The notes beneath the pieces were generated by a model, which did not search any database, was not told the origin of the DNA, and was given only the letters and a program-made list of their open reading frames with translations. Shown piece by piece: positions 51,501-64,000 of a stretch of DNA of 64,000 nucleotides. This DNA comes from Iphione sp. A-MEVVRFRX5 (Eukaryota), in NCBI GenBank assembly GCA_976226885.1, contig OZ320315.1, positions 81,530,001 through 81,594,000 of the forward strand. The letters are read 5' to 3'. Within the stretch, counting starts at the first letter, position 1. Each line of letters starts with the position of its first letter. Position numbers and translations under genes: made by a program.

Positions 51501-54500
51501 TGTCCTTATGGGCAGCATCCTTCCCGGAGAGACAATGGGCGGAAGAACTAATTTGGTGCAGTAGTACGTCAGAGGATTCTATATTTACGACCGTCTCCTC
51601 CCCAAAATGTGGCCCAACGTAATAATTTCAAATCTTTATTATGGTTAATTATTAGTCACCATTCCAGACACAAAAGCACTGTAAACAAGCCCCGCTCTTA
51701 ATCCTTTAAACAATGGCATGGGGGCGAGGTTACGTTTTTTCCTGCCACCAGCCCTGAGAGAATCTAGCCCGAGGCAATCGCTTTAATTGTCGTTGGGGTG
51801 GCAATTATGTCGATATCTAAACAGAGTTTGGTAACGCCATGGCTTCATCTGGTACATTCTGTACTAACTGTAACCAATAAAGCTTCTTGGAGTGATTCAT
51901 AACAAAAAACTATTGAGTATATTATGCTATTTATTATTTTTGTTTTAGAGAGCCTCAGAAAAGAACAATTCCCTACGCATTTGTGCAGCACTTGGAAACT
52001 AGGCTAAAAGGGACGTTACAACATTCATTCCGTTAATGAGCTCTTAAGAATTAGAAGAGACACAGGTTTGTCTGCTAGGGATGCTGTAGGGGGCGAGCTG
52101 CATAAGAAGTAGCTCGTCCAAACGACATCAACCGTGATGGAAAAACGTTGTCCTGGTACGCTAACGGGGTGTGATGCCACACCGGTCGGTCGCCTTATGC
52201 CGACGGTCACACTCCAAGTACCATTTTCCTTATGATCAGAGCCGAATGATTGATAACACTGGCTCCGCAAGTTTAAGTTCGTTGAAACTGGCCTTACGCT
52301 GGGACTGACTGACCTAGATGGTGTAGAAAACGCTTCATCAGCATTCTACTTGATTAACCTGTAGGACGGGTCAGATTTACGTGATTTGAAATACAAATAA
52401 TTATATACATATGTATCTACATATACATAAATGTACTTATATTCATAGGAGTGATGGTTATCAATTTTTAGTAGATCTGGCTGGGTAATTTTATGCTAAT
52501 GCTATAAAGCTGCTTATGTGAAGAACACTCCTAATTCCGTTTGTGCACATTGTATTATATCGACTTAGATGCATAGAAATGTGCTTGCACATGAACATGG
52601 TTTTCAGTCGGTCCGTTCTATTCTAAATCGGTTGGTAATACTGGTTCAATAAAGTTTAGATAATGAAATTATTCGTACACGGTAAACTCTTGATATTATA
52701 TTTATGAAGCATGAATTCAGTTGATTTCAAAGATCAGCCTCTATTCTGGAGGCATTAAACTATATGGACCCTGAGGTTTACTCTATCTGAAACTTTGGGG
52801 CTTCAAACTGCACAGGCCATACAAACAATGTCTGAACATTATATATACAGAATTAATAAATTACGATGCCCTGGCTAGCATATTTTTGATAAGATCAGAA
52901 GTATATGTAGATCTTTTATGAACAATATTCTTCCACATATACAATGAATACCTAAGACTGATAAAGACTGAAAGGAAACATACAAGAAGAAACAGAAAGT
53001 TTCCATGACTCATAATAACAATTCATTTTGATGAATAATCAATTGACTGAAAAGCGTGCAATATATATCAATTAGAATAAGATTGCATGGACCGGAGGTT
53101 CTCAAATAGGGTCAGCAACTTCGAAATCTTAGCACCAGCAATATTTCTAATAAAACTAGGAGACCTCTCCTGTCCCAAGCATAGCGTAGACCCCAAAATT
53201 AGGTTGGTCACCATTTCTTAGCAAAGCCTGGCGCTGTCGTCGGACCTAACGGAGATGAACGACGTCATGAAGTTCCCAACTAATTTCCCACTACCCGAGA
53301 GCCCCGAACTAACCTCATAGTCATCGCTACTGTCATCAGGGCAAGGCAAGAAGTTACAAATACGACGCTTCCCAGTAGAAAATACTGACTGAAGCGTTTC
53401 TCCTTTCCTCTCAGCACTGCGGGCCAAAATGCTCAAAAGCTGGTGGAGGGCCATAACGGAAACGGTATAGTAGGATGCTCTATTCGACTGAGATTTTGAA
53501 TATTCTAGGCGGGACGCTGATAAATACAAGGCCAGGAGCGGTGGGGGCTTTAGAGGAGAACTTGAAGCCGCGAGACATTCGACTTGCTTGGTTTAGACAT
53601 TGTTTGGCAGCACAAAAGGACTTTTCAAAGTGAGGGTCTTGGTCACAGATATGGAGAACTGTCTATGCACCACATCTGTCTCGGATTCTGCGTTATAGCA
53701 GGCGGCTGGCTGGATTGAATAGCGACTGATTTACAGTCCTGAGGCAGTGTTAAGACACGGTGCAGTCTAGTTTTCATCGCTTTTTATTGGCGGTTCTAAG
53801 AACATTGTCCCCGGAAATATAAACCACAATGAGATCTGGGGTATTTTAGGAATGTGTTCATAGATATAAGCTATTTTTTAAGTTCAGGAAAAGCCGAACT
53901 GCTCATTATTCATCTCAGTGAGATGTGCTTACTGCTCCGTAATGTGCAGATCCATGGTGAATAAAATCTGTGCACCGCTGCAGGATACCTGGGCAATTGT
54001 ATTGTCAAAATGTAACCAATAAATGGAACATGACACAATTACGTCAATAACATCGATTTTGTCTAAAATAAACGTAAAATTGATTCTGCTGAGATAATAA
54101 AATCATTAACCTATTTCTGCGTGGCGTAGATTGGAAACGACGAAGCACGATCGTTAAATGCCAATAGCATTTCAAACTTTTGGTATGACAACGGTCAAAT
54201 GCTTGAAGTGACTTGGAATAGTTTCTCCGTCGTTTCTGCCAAGGAGTTTTCACAGTACTTGTCTGCTAGCATAATATATCAAGAGGTATCTTTAGTTTAT
54301 GCCTCTTTTATCACTTCTCCCAATTCACCTAATCCTGACCAAATGAACACCTTCCTGAAAACAGATACCTCTTACGAATAAGTTGGTAACTTTAAACGCT
54401 ACATGTGGCAGTTACATTTTACGCACTATAAACGGTCAGGGGTGGCCATTGGCTCCTCTCATTGGATTAGTCTGAAGTACCCTTAAGCTATATACCCCTC

Positions 54501-57500
54501 GTTTGATGGCATTTCAAGGCTCTCATGAAAGAGAGATCATCAGGCGATTGATTTTTCAGGGCTTTGTGACAGAGGAGGGAGGCGCTCACGAGACTACTAG
54601 CCGAGGGAACCTTTGAAAAAGAGCACTGATGATCCTCACATCGTGAATACAAGTCTTCAGAGCATCTGCCATTCGACAAAGATGGCTGAAACGATGATAT
54701 TTACTTGAGGGTGGACCCCTTCGTCAAATCACTTCTCAGTCGTATTGGCAGGATTCGCCATGCTAAACGCTGTCGGAATACTGCTGTGACACATTAGACG
54801 TCTTTTGGCACTTTCTGACTATGAATCACACTTTGCCTTCAACTGAGACAGGAACCTAATCATAGGCTTTCATCCTACCAGGCAAAAGGCTGACAAGAGT
54901 GAATCTGCTTACTCTGCAGCTATCTAATTCCTACTCTCTCTGGTAGGCAACCGTACGAGATATGCTGTGTCATTTCAGACGTGCATTTCTGTGGTTTTAC
55001 TAGGATATATTTTCATTGGTCGATTAGATAATAGCAAATATTTCACAGTATGTGCCTTTTCTTTCAGATCATAACTGACGCAGGGAATTAACATATCACG
55101 TGATGGATGACAAATTTCACTATGATAGTGTGATGTATGTCAGTACACTAGGGGGAGGACACACAAACAAGACAAGGCAAAGTAAGTAAAGTTTTTTTTT
55201 TACGGGGGGCGGGAGGGGGTTAAATCCCAACGCTTTGCATCAGACACCCGGACACACCCCCCTACAGCCAGCATGCACCCTCACTCTCTGGTCATCTGCT
55301 ACTGCCAGAACACTTCCGGCTATGTACTAATCTCAGGAAGAGCATAACTATTAACAGGAAGAAATGACATAAGCCCATCACCAAAGTCAATCACATCGAA
55401 GACTTTACTAACACTGCCATAGGCAATAAGCTTATGGAGGTCTGCCACTCTGTAGGAAGGTACTTTGTGCTTTGTACGCACGACCTACATGAAAATCACT
55501 TTATCTCTGCATACTGAAAATTGAGAGATTCTACAGTACAGCTTAAACCAGGGTGATTTTGACACCTTCAAATGCTACGTTAAAACCTTCAAGAAACTAT
55601 CAGATGATAATAGAGAATTTTTTTCGTACCAGGAAACTAGATATCCTACAGAGTCCTATTATTTGCTGGATCTTGTCAGAAAGGATTAGTGTACATGTAC
55701 TTATGTGTCGACAGCCGTAGCGTGGTATGATCTCACCAACCTTCCAGTCATCTGAGACTTTTGCAAGCTTCTCTTGAATAAAGCATGGTTGTTTATTTCT
55801 GTTCACCCTGCCTTTACTGGACTTTTATCACATTCAACTTAAGGTTTTCTGTTGTTATTGGAAGTCAAAATATATGTATGCTCATTTAGAAAGGGTGTAC
55901 ATAATTCCTTGCTTATGATGTATTAAAGCAGGAAAATATCTATATGGAAACTTCAGACCCTAATAATTGGTTAAATTTCTTCCAGTGCATTTCCGTGAGT
56001 GTGTATGATTTTTTTTTTATTTTTTACTTCTATATTTTTTCGTGAGTCCAAGTGTAATACACTCTTCAAGGATGCCATCATTTTACATTTCCGATACAAA
56101 GGATCCTTTGTACTAGGTAATAATATTACATATATAACTCTAATGCTGAATCCTCTTGGACCGAAACTGCTTTAAAATGAAGTTAGTTAATTCGGTGGAC
56201 TTGGGGGCCTCAGGCCGCATTGCAAGTCCAAGATAAGGAAAATTCATACTGGAAGGCTGTTCTCTTGATAACTGATGCCTTCATAAGCAACTATCCTCAT
56301 TCAAAGGAATGTATTGGCTTTAAGCGAATCTACTAAATGAATACTTTGTTAAAAAGTGCATTTTAATGTGGAGATTGTTTTGATCAAGGTTCTCTCTCGC
56401 AGTAAGAGGGAGCTTGATGATGTAGCACGTGTTGATCAGTTGGATTATATCGGATAGCGACTGAAAATCAAAGCAAAGCTAAGCCCATTGTGCAAGGCGT
56501 TGGTGACCGGACATTTCAGTTATTTGATAAGAAATTTCACGTCGGTCAAAATTTATAAACGGACAAAAATTTATATTAACAGGAAACCGCCTTCTCAAAA
56601 TACAGAACAATAGTGACACACTGGTTGTATTAAAATCAATTGCCATCACTGATATTCAACATTTCCCTGTGTATTTGCCAACTAACAGTGAATTGGTTAC
56701 ATATAGCCCCATAGTAATCTAATTTTAGCAACATCACAAAGTTATTGAATCTCGTCATATTTTGCCAGGAATCTCGTCCAATATCATCGCACAAATACAG
56801 CTAGCTTTCCATTTGTAGTCTCACTCTTCTAATCGATCAGGTGATATTCAATAGTAATTTAATTTCCAGGAAGTTCCGACAAGAAAATGTAATTAACGGT
56901 TTTTATGCTGAAAGACTTTCATTTTCGATGCTGTAAATGAAGGCTCACTTAAATGCTTTAAAAAATATAGTATGAGGTGGAAGGAAAGCCGTGTCTAAAA
57001 GAGGTGAGTTTTAAACAATGGTACATAGCGCAAAAAATATCTACCGCATTTGAAAATGTTTTGTTGAAAAAAAGCTTCGCATATTATTCAGATGTGAAAG
57101 AATGTTCCAGACTCAGAATACTATAAAATAATTCATTGAAATCCTTGATGTTTTCAGCACGATAAGAAAAGGAAAATGTAGTGTACTCTTGATTGAGGTA
57201 GTGTGAAGAAGTTCGGTTGAAATGGGATATTTAAACACCCGGGAGAATATCATCATTTCGAGATCGCACCTAGAAGGCTACCTGTACTGTATGAACGGAA
57301 CTGACTCGGTATAACTATTTCAGAAGCATTCGGTAAACCGGTGCGCCTTGAAGTGGTCGATGGCTGAACTAACCATCAGTAAAACGCAATATGATATGGC
57401 GCCTATTCCAGTCGTGCAAAATGTCGGTTATACGCAGACGCTGGATATTGATCATAGAGGGCACATATTACCTAGGAAGGTAATCTCCTGATCAAGATTC

Positions 57501-58682
57501 AGATAGGTATTCTGTTATGATCTTGGAGATGTTTATTCTAAGGGACACAAGGAAATAAGGCACCCAGTCATACAACATGGGTCATCTCAGTAGTATTACG
57601 GTACAGGTAATGAACCTATACTTTAAGATGTATATGGGCGTAAACGTTAAGTTAGGTTGTTGCTGTTTTACCTGGAAGGAACTCCATGCCTTTCGTACCT
57701 GCTTGTTCTAAGTGATTCCTCCAAACCTGAGCTAAATGCTAGTAATATTAAATATAGATATATTGTTGGCGTTCACTATAGCTCAGCGGTGATAAAACTT
57801 GAACCAACATCTCCTCAATATCCCTTAGGTGCTTCTTTATTACAGAGGGTGTATTGAACACGCTTGCCTAAGCCTAGGTTCACGACTTCACGACAACGGC
57901 AGATCTACCCAGTGGGCTCGCCATGATTGCACTGACAAGTGGCAAAGAAAGAGCCAATCAGAAGGCAAGACGGTCGTCGGCCCTTGGCAGTCCTCGGGAG
58001 GCGCACTAATGCGGTTTGTTGTGAATTGCCCACAGATTGGACGTGACCCAGGCACATTGTACTTCGCTCCTGTGCCGCTAGGTGGCGAACGACTGACAGG
58101 GTGTAGTCATTTATGTCACCACCAGTCAGCGCCAGAAATATATCTCCGATCCCTACAGGCGCAAGGGTCTTCCCATCGCTCACCGGATTGAAAAAAAACA
58201 TAATTGTCGAAGAGAAGTTTCTAACAGCGTATTCTACCTGAGTTTGGAATAGTAATGATATTCGTAAGAATAATGATTAGAAAGGTTTCGCAATACATGT
58301 ATATGCGGCGACTTTTCTTCCACAGGAACCTCGGCGAAAATGACTACGAGCCTCTGCCTGGACGGATAGAAAGAATTGAACGTTTCACCCGTATACATTC
58401 TATACCTAAAATTTGCTTTCCACCATACTGTTCAGGAAAATTTCTGATTATGTAGAAAAGCTCAGATGCACGTTAGAGGGTAGCATGTATATATATACAC
58501 ATACATATAGATACACATATAGATCTTTACACAAAGATCTCTGTAACAAAAAGAGAACCGTAGAGAGAATTATAAGTGTTTCGCAAGGTTGTTTTTTTCA
58601 TGCCTTGTTTATTTAAGTTAAATTGAGCATCCGCGGTAGTTCACAGCTACGTGATACTTTCAATGTCATTCACCTGACAATT

Positions 58683-59867
58683 CAGTCAAGACTCGATATC
58701 CACACACTTGAAAACCTAACCATCCAAATCTGAACGAATTTTGCTTGAACAAATCATTTTCACTATATACATATTCAGATAAATGTCTTTGACCCTTGCA
58801 GGTATGTGATGCAAAGCCTGGATGACTTCAAACCTGTGGGAAAACCTCCTGAAGAAGCTAGATGCCAGAACAAGAGGACAGAAGAGGAGATATGTACTTA
58901 TCTGTGACAATGCTGCCAGTCACAAGGCCACTCAGGAGGACAGACACCTCAAAATCATCTTCCTGCCTCCCAACACTACCAGCCATCTCCAGCTCCTAGA
59001 TGGAGGAATCATATAAAGCCTCTTTCAAGGCACAATACAGGAGGAGACTGGTCAGGCACTTCCTGACCTGTGTTGAGTCAGGGAAGCCCCAGACTCCAGA
59101 TGTCAGGAGAACCATCCGGATGATACATCAGTCATGTGAAGAAGTCACCAGTACCATCATTGAAAGATGCTGGAACCAGGTTAACATCCTACCGGCCATC
59201 AGTAGATAGTGGTGAAGAAGACAATGCCCCACTCTCAGAACTGAGGACTTTGCTCCAGGATCTTCAAGTCAAACAAGGAGAAGGCACAGGAACAGCAGAT
59301 GACTATTTGTCCTGTGACTCAGAGGAGCCTACATAAGAGGAGCTGCACGATCAGAGCATAATTCAGCTGGTACAGAAGAGCAAGAGGGAGGAGGAAGGGG
59401 AAGAAGAAGAGGAAGATCATGAACTGGTGCCTATCAAGCAGGTCAGACAGGCCCTGGAGTGGGCTGTGTCCTTCTGGGAGGATCGAGATAATGCAGAAAT
59501 TGTCTCTTCTCTTCATGCCATCCTTGAGAAGACATATCTGATAGCAGTCAAGAAGTGCAAGCAAAGGACCATCGTAAACTTCATCAGGAGGCCCTAGACA
59601 GAGATGTTCTATTTTACAGCTTTTTCCTTATTTTATAATTGTTCTTATTAATAACATTTTATGTTTTCTAGGTGTCAATAGAATGCAGAGAATATTTTTA
59701 GATGTATATTACTTGAAGTTTATAACTGTTTTCATTAATAACGTATTTTATTTCATTTTTCTACGTGTCTAATGAATGCAAACAATGTTGAATTGGAAAT
59801 CCAAAATATCCAAAATCAAAATTAAATTGGCCAAAATGGCAACCATTCAGTTTTCAAGTTTCAACTG
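58683..59867 (+). mobile_element. Decayed, 5'-deleted pogo/Tigger (Tc1/mariner superfamily) DNA transposon with transposase pseudogene (58813-59597)
   Basis: The translation gives KAWMTSNLW...VLICDNAASH...KIIFLPPNTTSHLQLLDGGII/KASFKAQYRRRLV...TIIERCW, which are DDE_1 (CENP-B/Tigger-like) motifs, followed by an acidic tail ending KQRTIVNFIRRP*. Frameshifts occur near 59014 and 59190 and a stop at 59334. The right end reads ...ttcaagtttcaactg|TA; the left TIR-like cagtcaagactcg at 58683 is only a partial match. Confidence 0.93.
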
Positions 59868-59879
59868 TATATGTATATA

Positions 59880-60440
59880 ATTAGCAACGTCCGCAGAGCG
59901 GTATTGTTAGTGGAAATTCTCCACCATTGACAGCTTACTGGTTTCCTGTCTAAATCATGGTTCCAAACTGACCTATACACAGTAACTTTGACTAAAAAGC
60001 GTCACTATTTTCCATGTAATGGTCTTTTTGAAAATTTGCAGTCTTGTAGATGAAACCTTGATGAAACCCATAAAGTTTAAACCAAGTTTCTTTCTAATAT
60101 ATTTGCATTTTTAGAAATACTTCAAAGATCTAATTCATTAGCATTCAGTGAGAATATTAGATAACAGAAAGGCCCATATACCATGAGAAAGCCTGATCTT
60201 TCAACTATAATTTGATATATAACAAGTGTATATTGTGTATGAATTAGGTATGAGGGAAATTAAGTGAAAGTAGCTATCCTCCACTCTGTACATATTCTCT
60301 GTTCATAATCAAACTACAACAACCACTGGTGCAATTTTCAAAATTTTCAAAGCAAAATGAAGGAAAGAATGTCCTCCATCTACTAAATACAATGTTCATA
60401 TCATAGAGGATATTCTTAAAAATGGTATTACGTTGCTAAT
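59880..60440. mobile_element. Candidate non-autonomous TIR element (~560 bp) abutting the Tigger copy
   Basis: There is a perfect 11-bp inverted repeat, attagcaacgt (59880-59890) / acgttgctaat (60430-60440). The 7-mer tatataa flanks the inner 10-bp repeat on both sides. The TIR is short and in AT-rich DNA, so chance is not excluded. Confidence 0.4.
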
Positions 60441-62864
60441 ATAATATATATAGGAGGCTCTTACATGGGCCTCAACACCTCCCTTGACCGACATTCTTGA
60501 CCTCAACTGGCCAGGTACTGAAATACTCCAGCTGCATCGAGAGGTCTAAATAATGTGGCTATGGCTTTGGGTAGTTAGACTCTGGATAGCGAGCTGCCGA
60601 AATCTACTAAGGTAGAAAACACTGAAGTCGTAAACGGGCGTATAGGTGTCGACGTCTATAGCCCGCTTGTCCACCAACCGTCACGATGATGCCGGACACG
60701 AATGTCAAAACGGACGACTCAAAATGATTCAAAGCCAGCGAAAAACCATTGAAATATCGCAAGGCCGTGTATGAAGTTGATCTATATGGGTATTGCTTCC
60801 TTTTGACGGGAGATTTTATTCTAAATGGGATGCTTAGAATGCTCTTACATTAAACGTGATCAATCCTTCATCGAAGGATATCTTATCATAAGAAAATAAA
60901 GCTAGGTTCGAGCGACTGTTTGCAAAAACAAAAAAAGGCGAACACATCTGCCTCGTTTTGATAATATAATGTTGTCTTCTTGGGAGTGCATTTTGTTGTT
61001 TTCCCATGCCCCAATTGATTCAAGAAGGCAGTTGGCGCACTTCCACTTGTCTTAGCATATGCCTAATCACTTGGTAAGAATGGATATAGAATGTACATGT
61101 ATTTGGAAATGTTGTTTATTACCGACGATAATGCTACTTGTCTTGTAACATCGGTTGAAGCATAACATAGCAGGCAGACATCTTATTCATTCTTGTACAC
61201 TGGTATGTGTCTTAGGTACTTCTATTTCTAACCTGGCTTGATGTTTCGCCCATGGTAATTTTTGCTCCACTTAGTTGAAGCGTAGTTAATTCATTCATGT
61301 AGATGACTCTGTTCTAATAATCCATCACTGAAATGACATTATGCCTGTTTGGTGAAAAAGTGTTCCCCGTATTTCTATTTAAATCGTAGTAGGAGAATTC
61401 TGAGTTTGAAAGATCTGTTCATCAGCTCTTTATGATAACACAGCTATGTATACATATAACACTTATCATATAAATATACCATTGAAAAACTGCATATTGA
61501 TGTCTAAATAAAACTCACTCAATTATCTCAACATATCTCATAAACAACAATCACTGATGTCAACCTGGACATATTGATAAGTTTGCCGTGGTATGTCACA
61601 ATCTCTATACTTAAATATATATTTTCATTTTCTAAATACATGTACATATGATATTCTCTTTAAACATATGTATGACATATTTATCCCTTAGATATACATA
61701 TATATAGAAGTTTGATCCTAAACAATCTGATATCAAATTTTATATGAAGTGGTTGGGTATCCTTTTAATTAGATGGTTCGAAAGTCCAACCAAGGCGCAA
61801 ATAGTAGATACCATAAGACGAATCGTAAGGGCCTTTGGAAATCACATACAACAAGATGGAGGTAGTCGCAAATTAGTGGCATGGTAGAGAATTAGCTGGA
61901 AGGCTTGTCTGTAAAAGATGAAAAAAAACGACTTTCACCGTGCACCGAGAAGAGACTGCGGCATAGGTTGATATGACAGGTGCCAGAGTCTTCAGGATCA
62001 ACTGGGGATGGCAGCACAGCAGCCAGCCCCCATTCCCTGACGGCAATGAAGGCGGCGCCTGATGCAGGCCGCCAAACACCGAGCCTCACTAAGCCGTGAG
62101 CGACTTAACACGCAAAGTGTTTCAGAGCTTGTAGACCCCCGTCATAAAACGCCTTGTTACTTTTATTGGAGCAAGAGGAGAAAAAGATCGAGGCTAGCCT
62201 ATAAGACGCATGGTAATTGAAAGAAAATACATCTTCATATTTGTTTTCTAATAACGGTTCGGAACGAAAGGATCCAAGTACCGCTAGACTGCAAAAATGT
62301 TCATTGATAATGTTACGGAATTCTTACTTTGTCGGTGGTTTTGCCAGATAATTACGGTAATCTAAGATTATATATTAACATTCGTGGGAATCCCTACTAT
62401 TATTATTGTGTCAATGCCCGTCTTCTGTCCGTCTTTGAACCAATGAGCATGTGTCAGATTATAGGCTTTGTAAATATATATTTGTTTCGTCTCATAAAAT
62501 AAGAAAACGTTCAAGTTGACGACACAACTTAACTTTGTTCACTTGTATCACGTGTACGTTTGGAAGCAGACTAGACTCCTATCTTCTAATGAGTATCATA
62601 TTTCCGATGGAAAATGTCCCTGTCATCTGCAATGACCCAACGTTTAGAGCTTATGGAGTTCTTGGAAATATTGTACACTAATAGACATTGGCAGTAAAAT
62701 GATGTTGTCCTACTGGCAAAATAGCTGCTAGGATGTTACTTTTATCTGCCGTTTTACAGACATGTCTTATATATACCACTAAGTTACAACAGTCTATATA
62801 AACACAAACTAATAACCATTCGTATTAGAATAATTAAAAATCTATACATGATGTATTAAATGTA

Positions 62865-63828
62865 CAGTAGAGCCCCTGTCTACGGACGCCCGGACACAGC
62901 GGAAAACCCTCCCAATGGACAGAATTCCTCTAGTTCCATATGAAAACACTATATATCATGTTTACAATAGGCCGGACACAACGGACACTCAGCTACAGTG
63001 GACACTCGGCCGAGGACATTTATTTTGAGTCCTAAATCCTTATTTTACAGTGTTTACAGTGGACAGACACCCTGGAGGAGGTAACCTAGGGAGCCAGGCT
63101 AGGCTGCCTGGAGGCAATATCCAGAGGTGTGACTTATCAGTGCAACCTGGAGGGGTAGAGGGTCACCAGGAGGACAATAGACTAAACCAGTACTATCCCA
63201 GGGTGCAGCAGTACATGGTATGCAACACTTCCGCTTCTATGCTGAACAAAGGATTGTCAAGGCTGATTTTATGTATTTATAGACTCTGACAATTAAATCT
63301 TTTATCTCTATTTCATTCATTAATTAATTAACAAAAGAGAAATATTCAAGCAGGAAATCTAAATCCTCTCTTAATTTGTTTATTTTGCAAGAGTACTGTG
63401 CAGGTGAAGAATGAGTGATGATAGGGGAGTTAGCACATATTCCTTTAAGAACTTTAGGCTTGCTATAAAGAAACTATGAAGAGTTTAGATGTAAGCACTT
63501 GATCTAAAGGTAGTTTCACCTATTTATTTATCATAATTCTGCAATATAGAATAAAATCTTCTTCCAAGCATATAAACCTTTCAATAAAAAAGTCACAGAT
63601 ATACATAGAGTTTAGGTGCAACAGGAAGTAATGCATACCATGTGGAACTCTCCACTGGTAGCAGTAGTGGTTTGGCGAATACCCATAGGTGTGAGACATA
63701 GGTGCGACCTGGTTATTGGGAGAGCTTTGATTAGAGTAGGAAAGGGATAGTTCGGACACAGCAGACACCCCCGACAGCGGACGCTTTGAGGAGATCTGTC
63801 TGATGTCCGCTGTAGCGGGGTTTTACTG
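62865..63828. mobile_element. Non-autonomous Tigger/pogo-like element (MITE-like, 964 bp) with TA target duplication
   Basis: The left end is TA|cagtagagcccctgtctacggac and the reverse complement of the right end is TA|cagtaaaaccccgctacagcggac. Subterminal GGACAC repeats occur at both ends, and there is no intact transposase. Confidence 0.75.
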
Positions 63829-64000
63829 TATACTCTATCATATGATGGTAAACAGTAGCATTTTAACATGCCACATTCATTGTATTGTTGACCATAATTT
63901 GAAAAGTATAGCTCGTCATTTATTTCGAAGTATGATATTGTAAATAACAGACTTTTGTAATGCTGTAAAATCACATCATGGACTGTAATATTTAAAAGTA

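Noticed and set aside
57300-57500. ELTISKTQY / TYYLGR resembling RTE-type RT
   Set aside because: The motifs are in different frames and too degenerate to call.
57778-57830. A-box-like TAGCTCAGCGG
   Set aside because: No B-box or acceptor stem downstream.
1-64000. CRISPR arrays, rRNA, operons, phage or defence systems
   Set aside because: No regularly spaced repeat-spacer array or dense coding region; the sequence is intron-rich eukaryotic DNA.

Overview
This is AT-rich, intron-dominated eukaryotic genomic DNA. Its style (frequent TACATGTA, many TA/TAA-flanked MITE-like elements, decayed L2/CR1-type LINEs, GC-rich coding exons) resembles an invertebrate deuterostome such as a lancelet; that assignment is inference. 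I found no rRNA, tRNA, CRISPR array, operon or other prokaryotic system, and most ORFs in the supplied track look like chance ORFs. The main content is the 5' part of one long minus-strand gene. Candidate exons at 48558-48211, 38316-37029, 12325-12069 and 5976-5912 join in compatible phases into about 650 aa of low-complexity N-terminus. It carries two polyQ tracts and several short linear motifs: PxIxIT-like PELIIT, a frame-dependent LxVP YLTVP, LC8-type DVGVQT and acidic dileucine EETQSLL. Short motif resemblances recalled from SK/KCNN channel N-termini make a small-conductance Ca2+-activated K+ channel my best guess, but no conserved domain lies in the window, so the identity is unproven. 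Several CpG-rich patches with orphan splice donors suggest alternative first exons. The rest is transposon debris (a pogo/Tigger transposase pseudogene, Tigger-like and Harbinger-like MITEs, LINE fragments), simple repeats and one 147-nt assembly gap. I see no solid evidence for a novel multi-component system.
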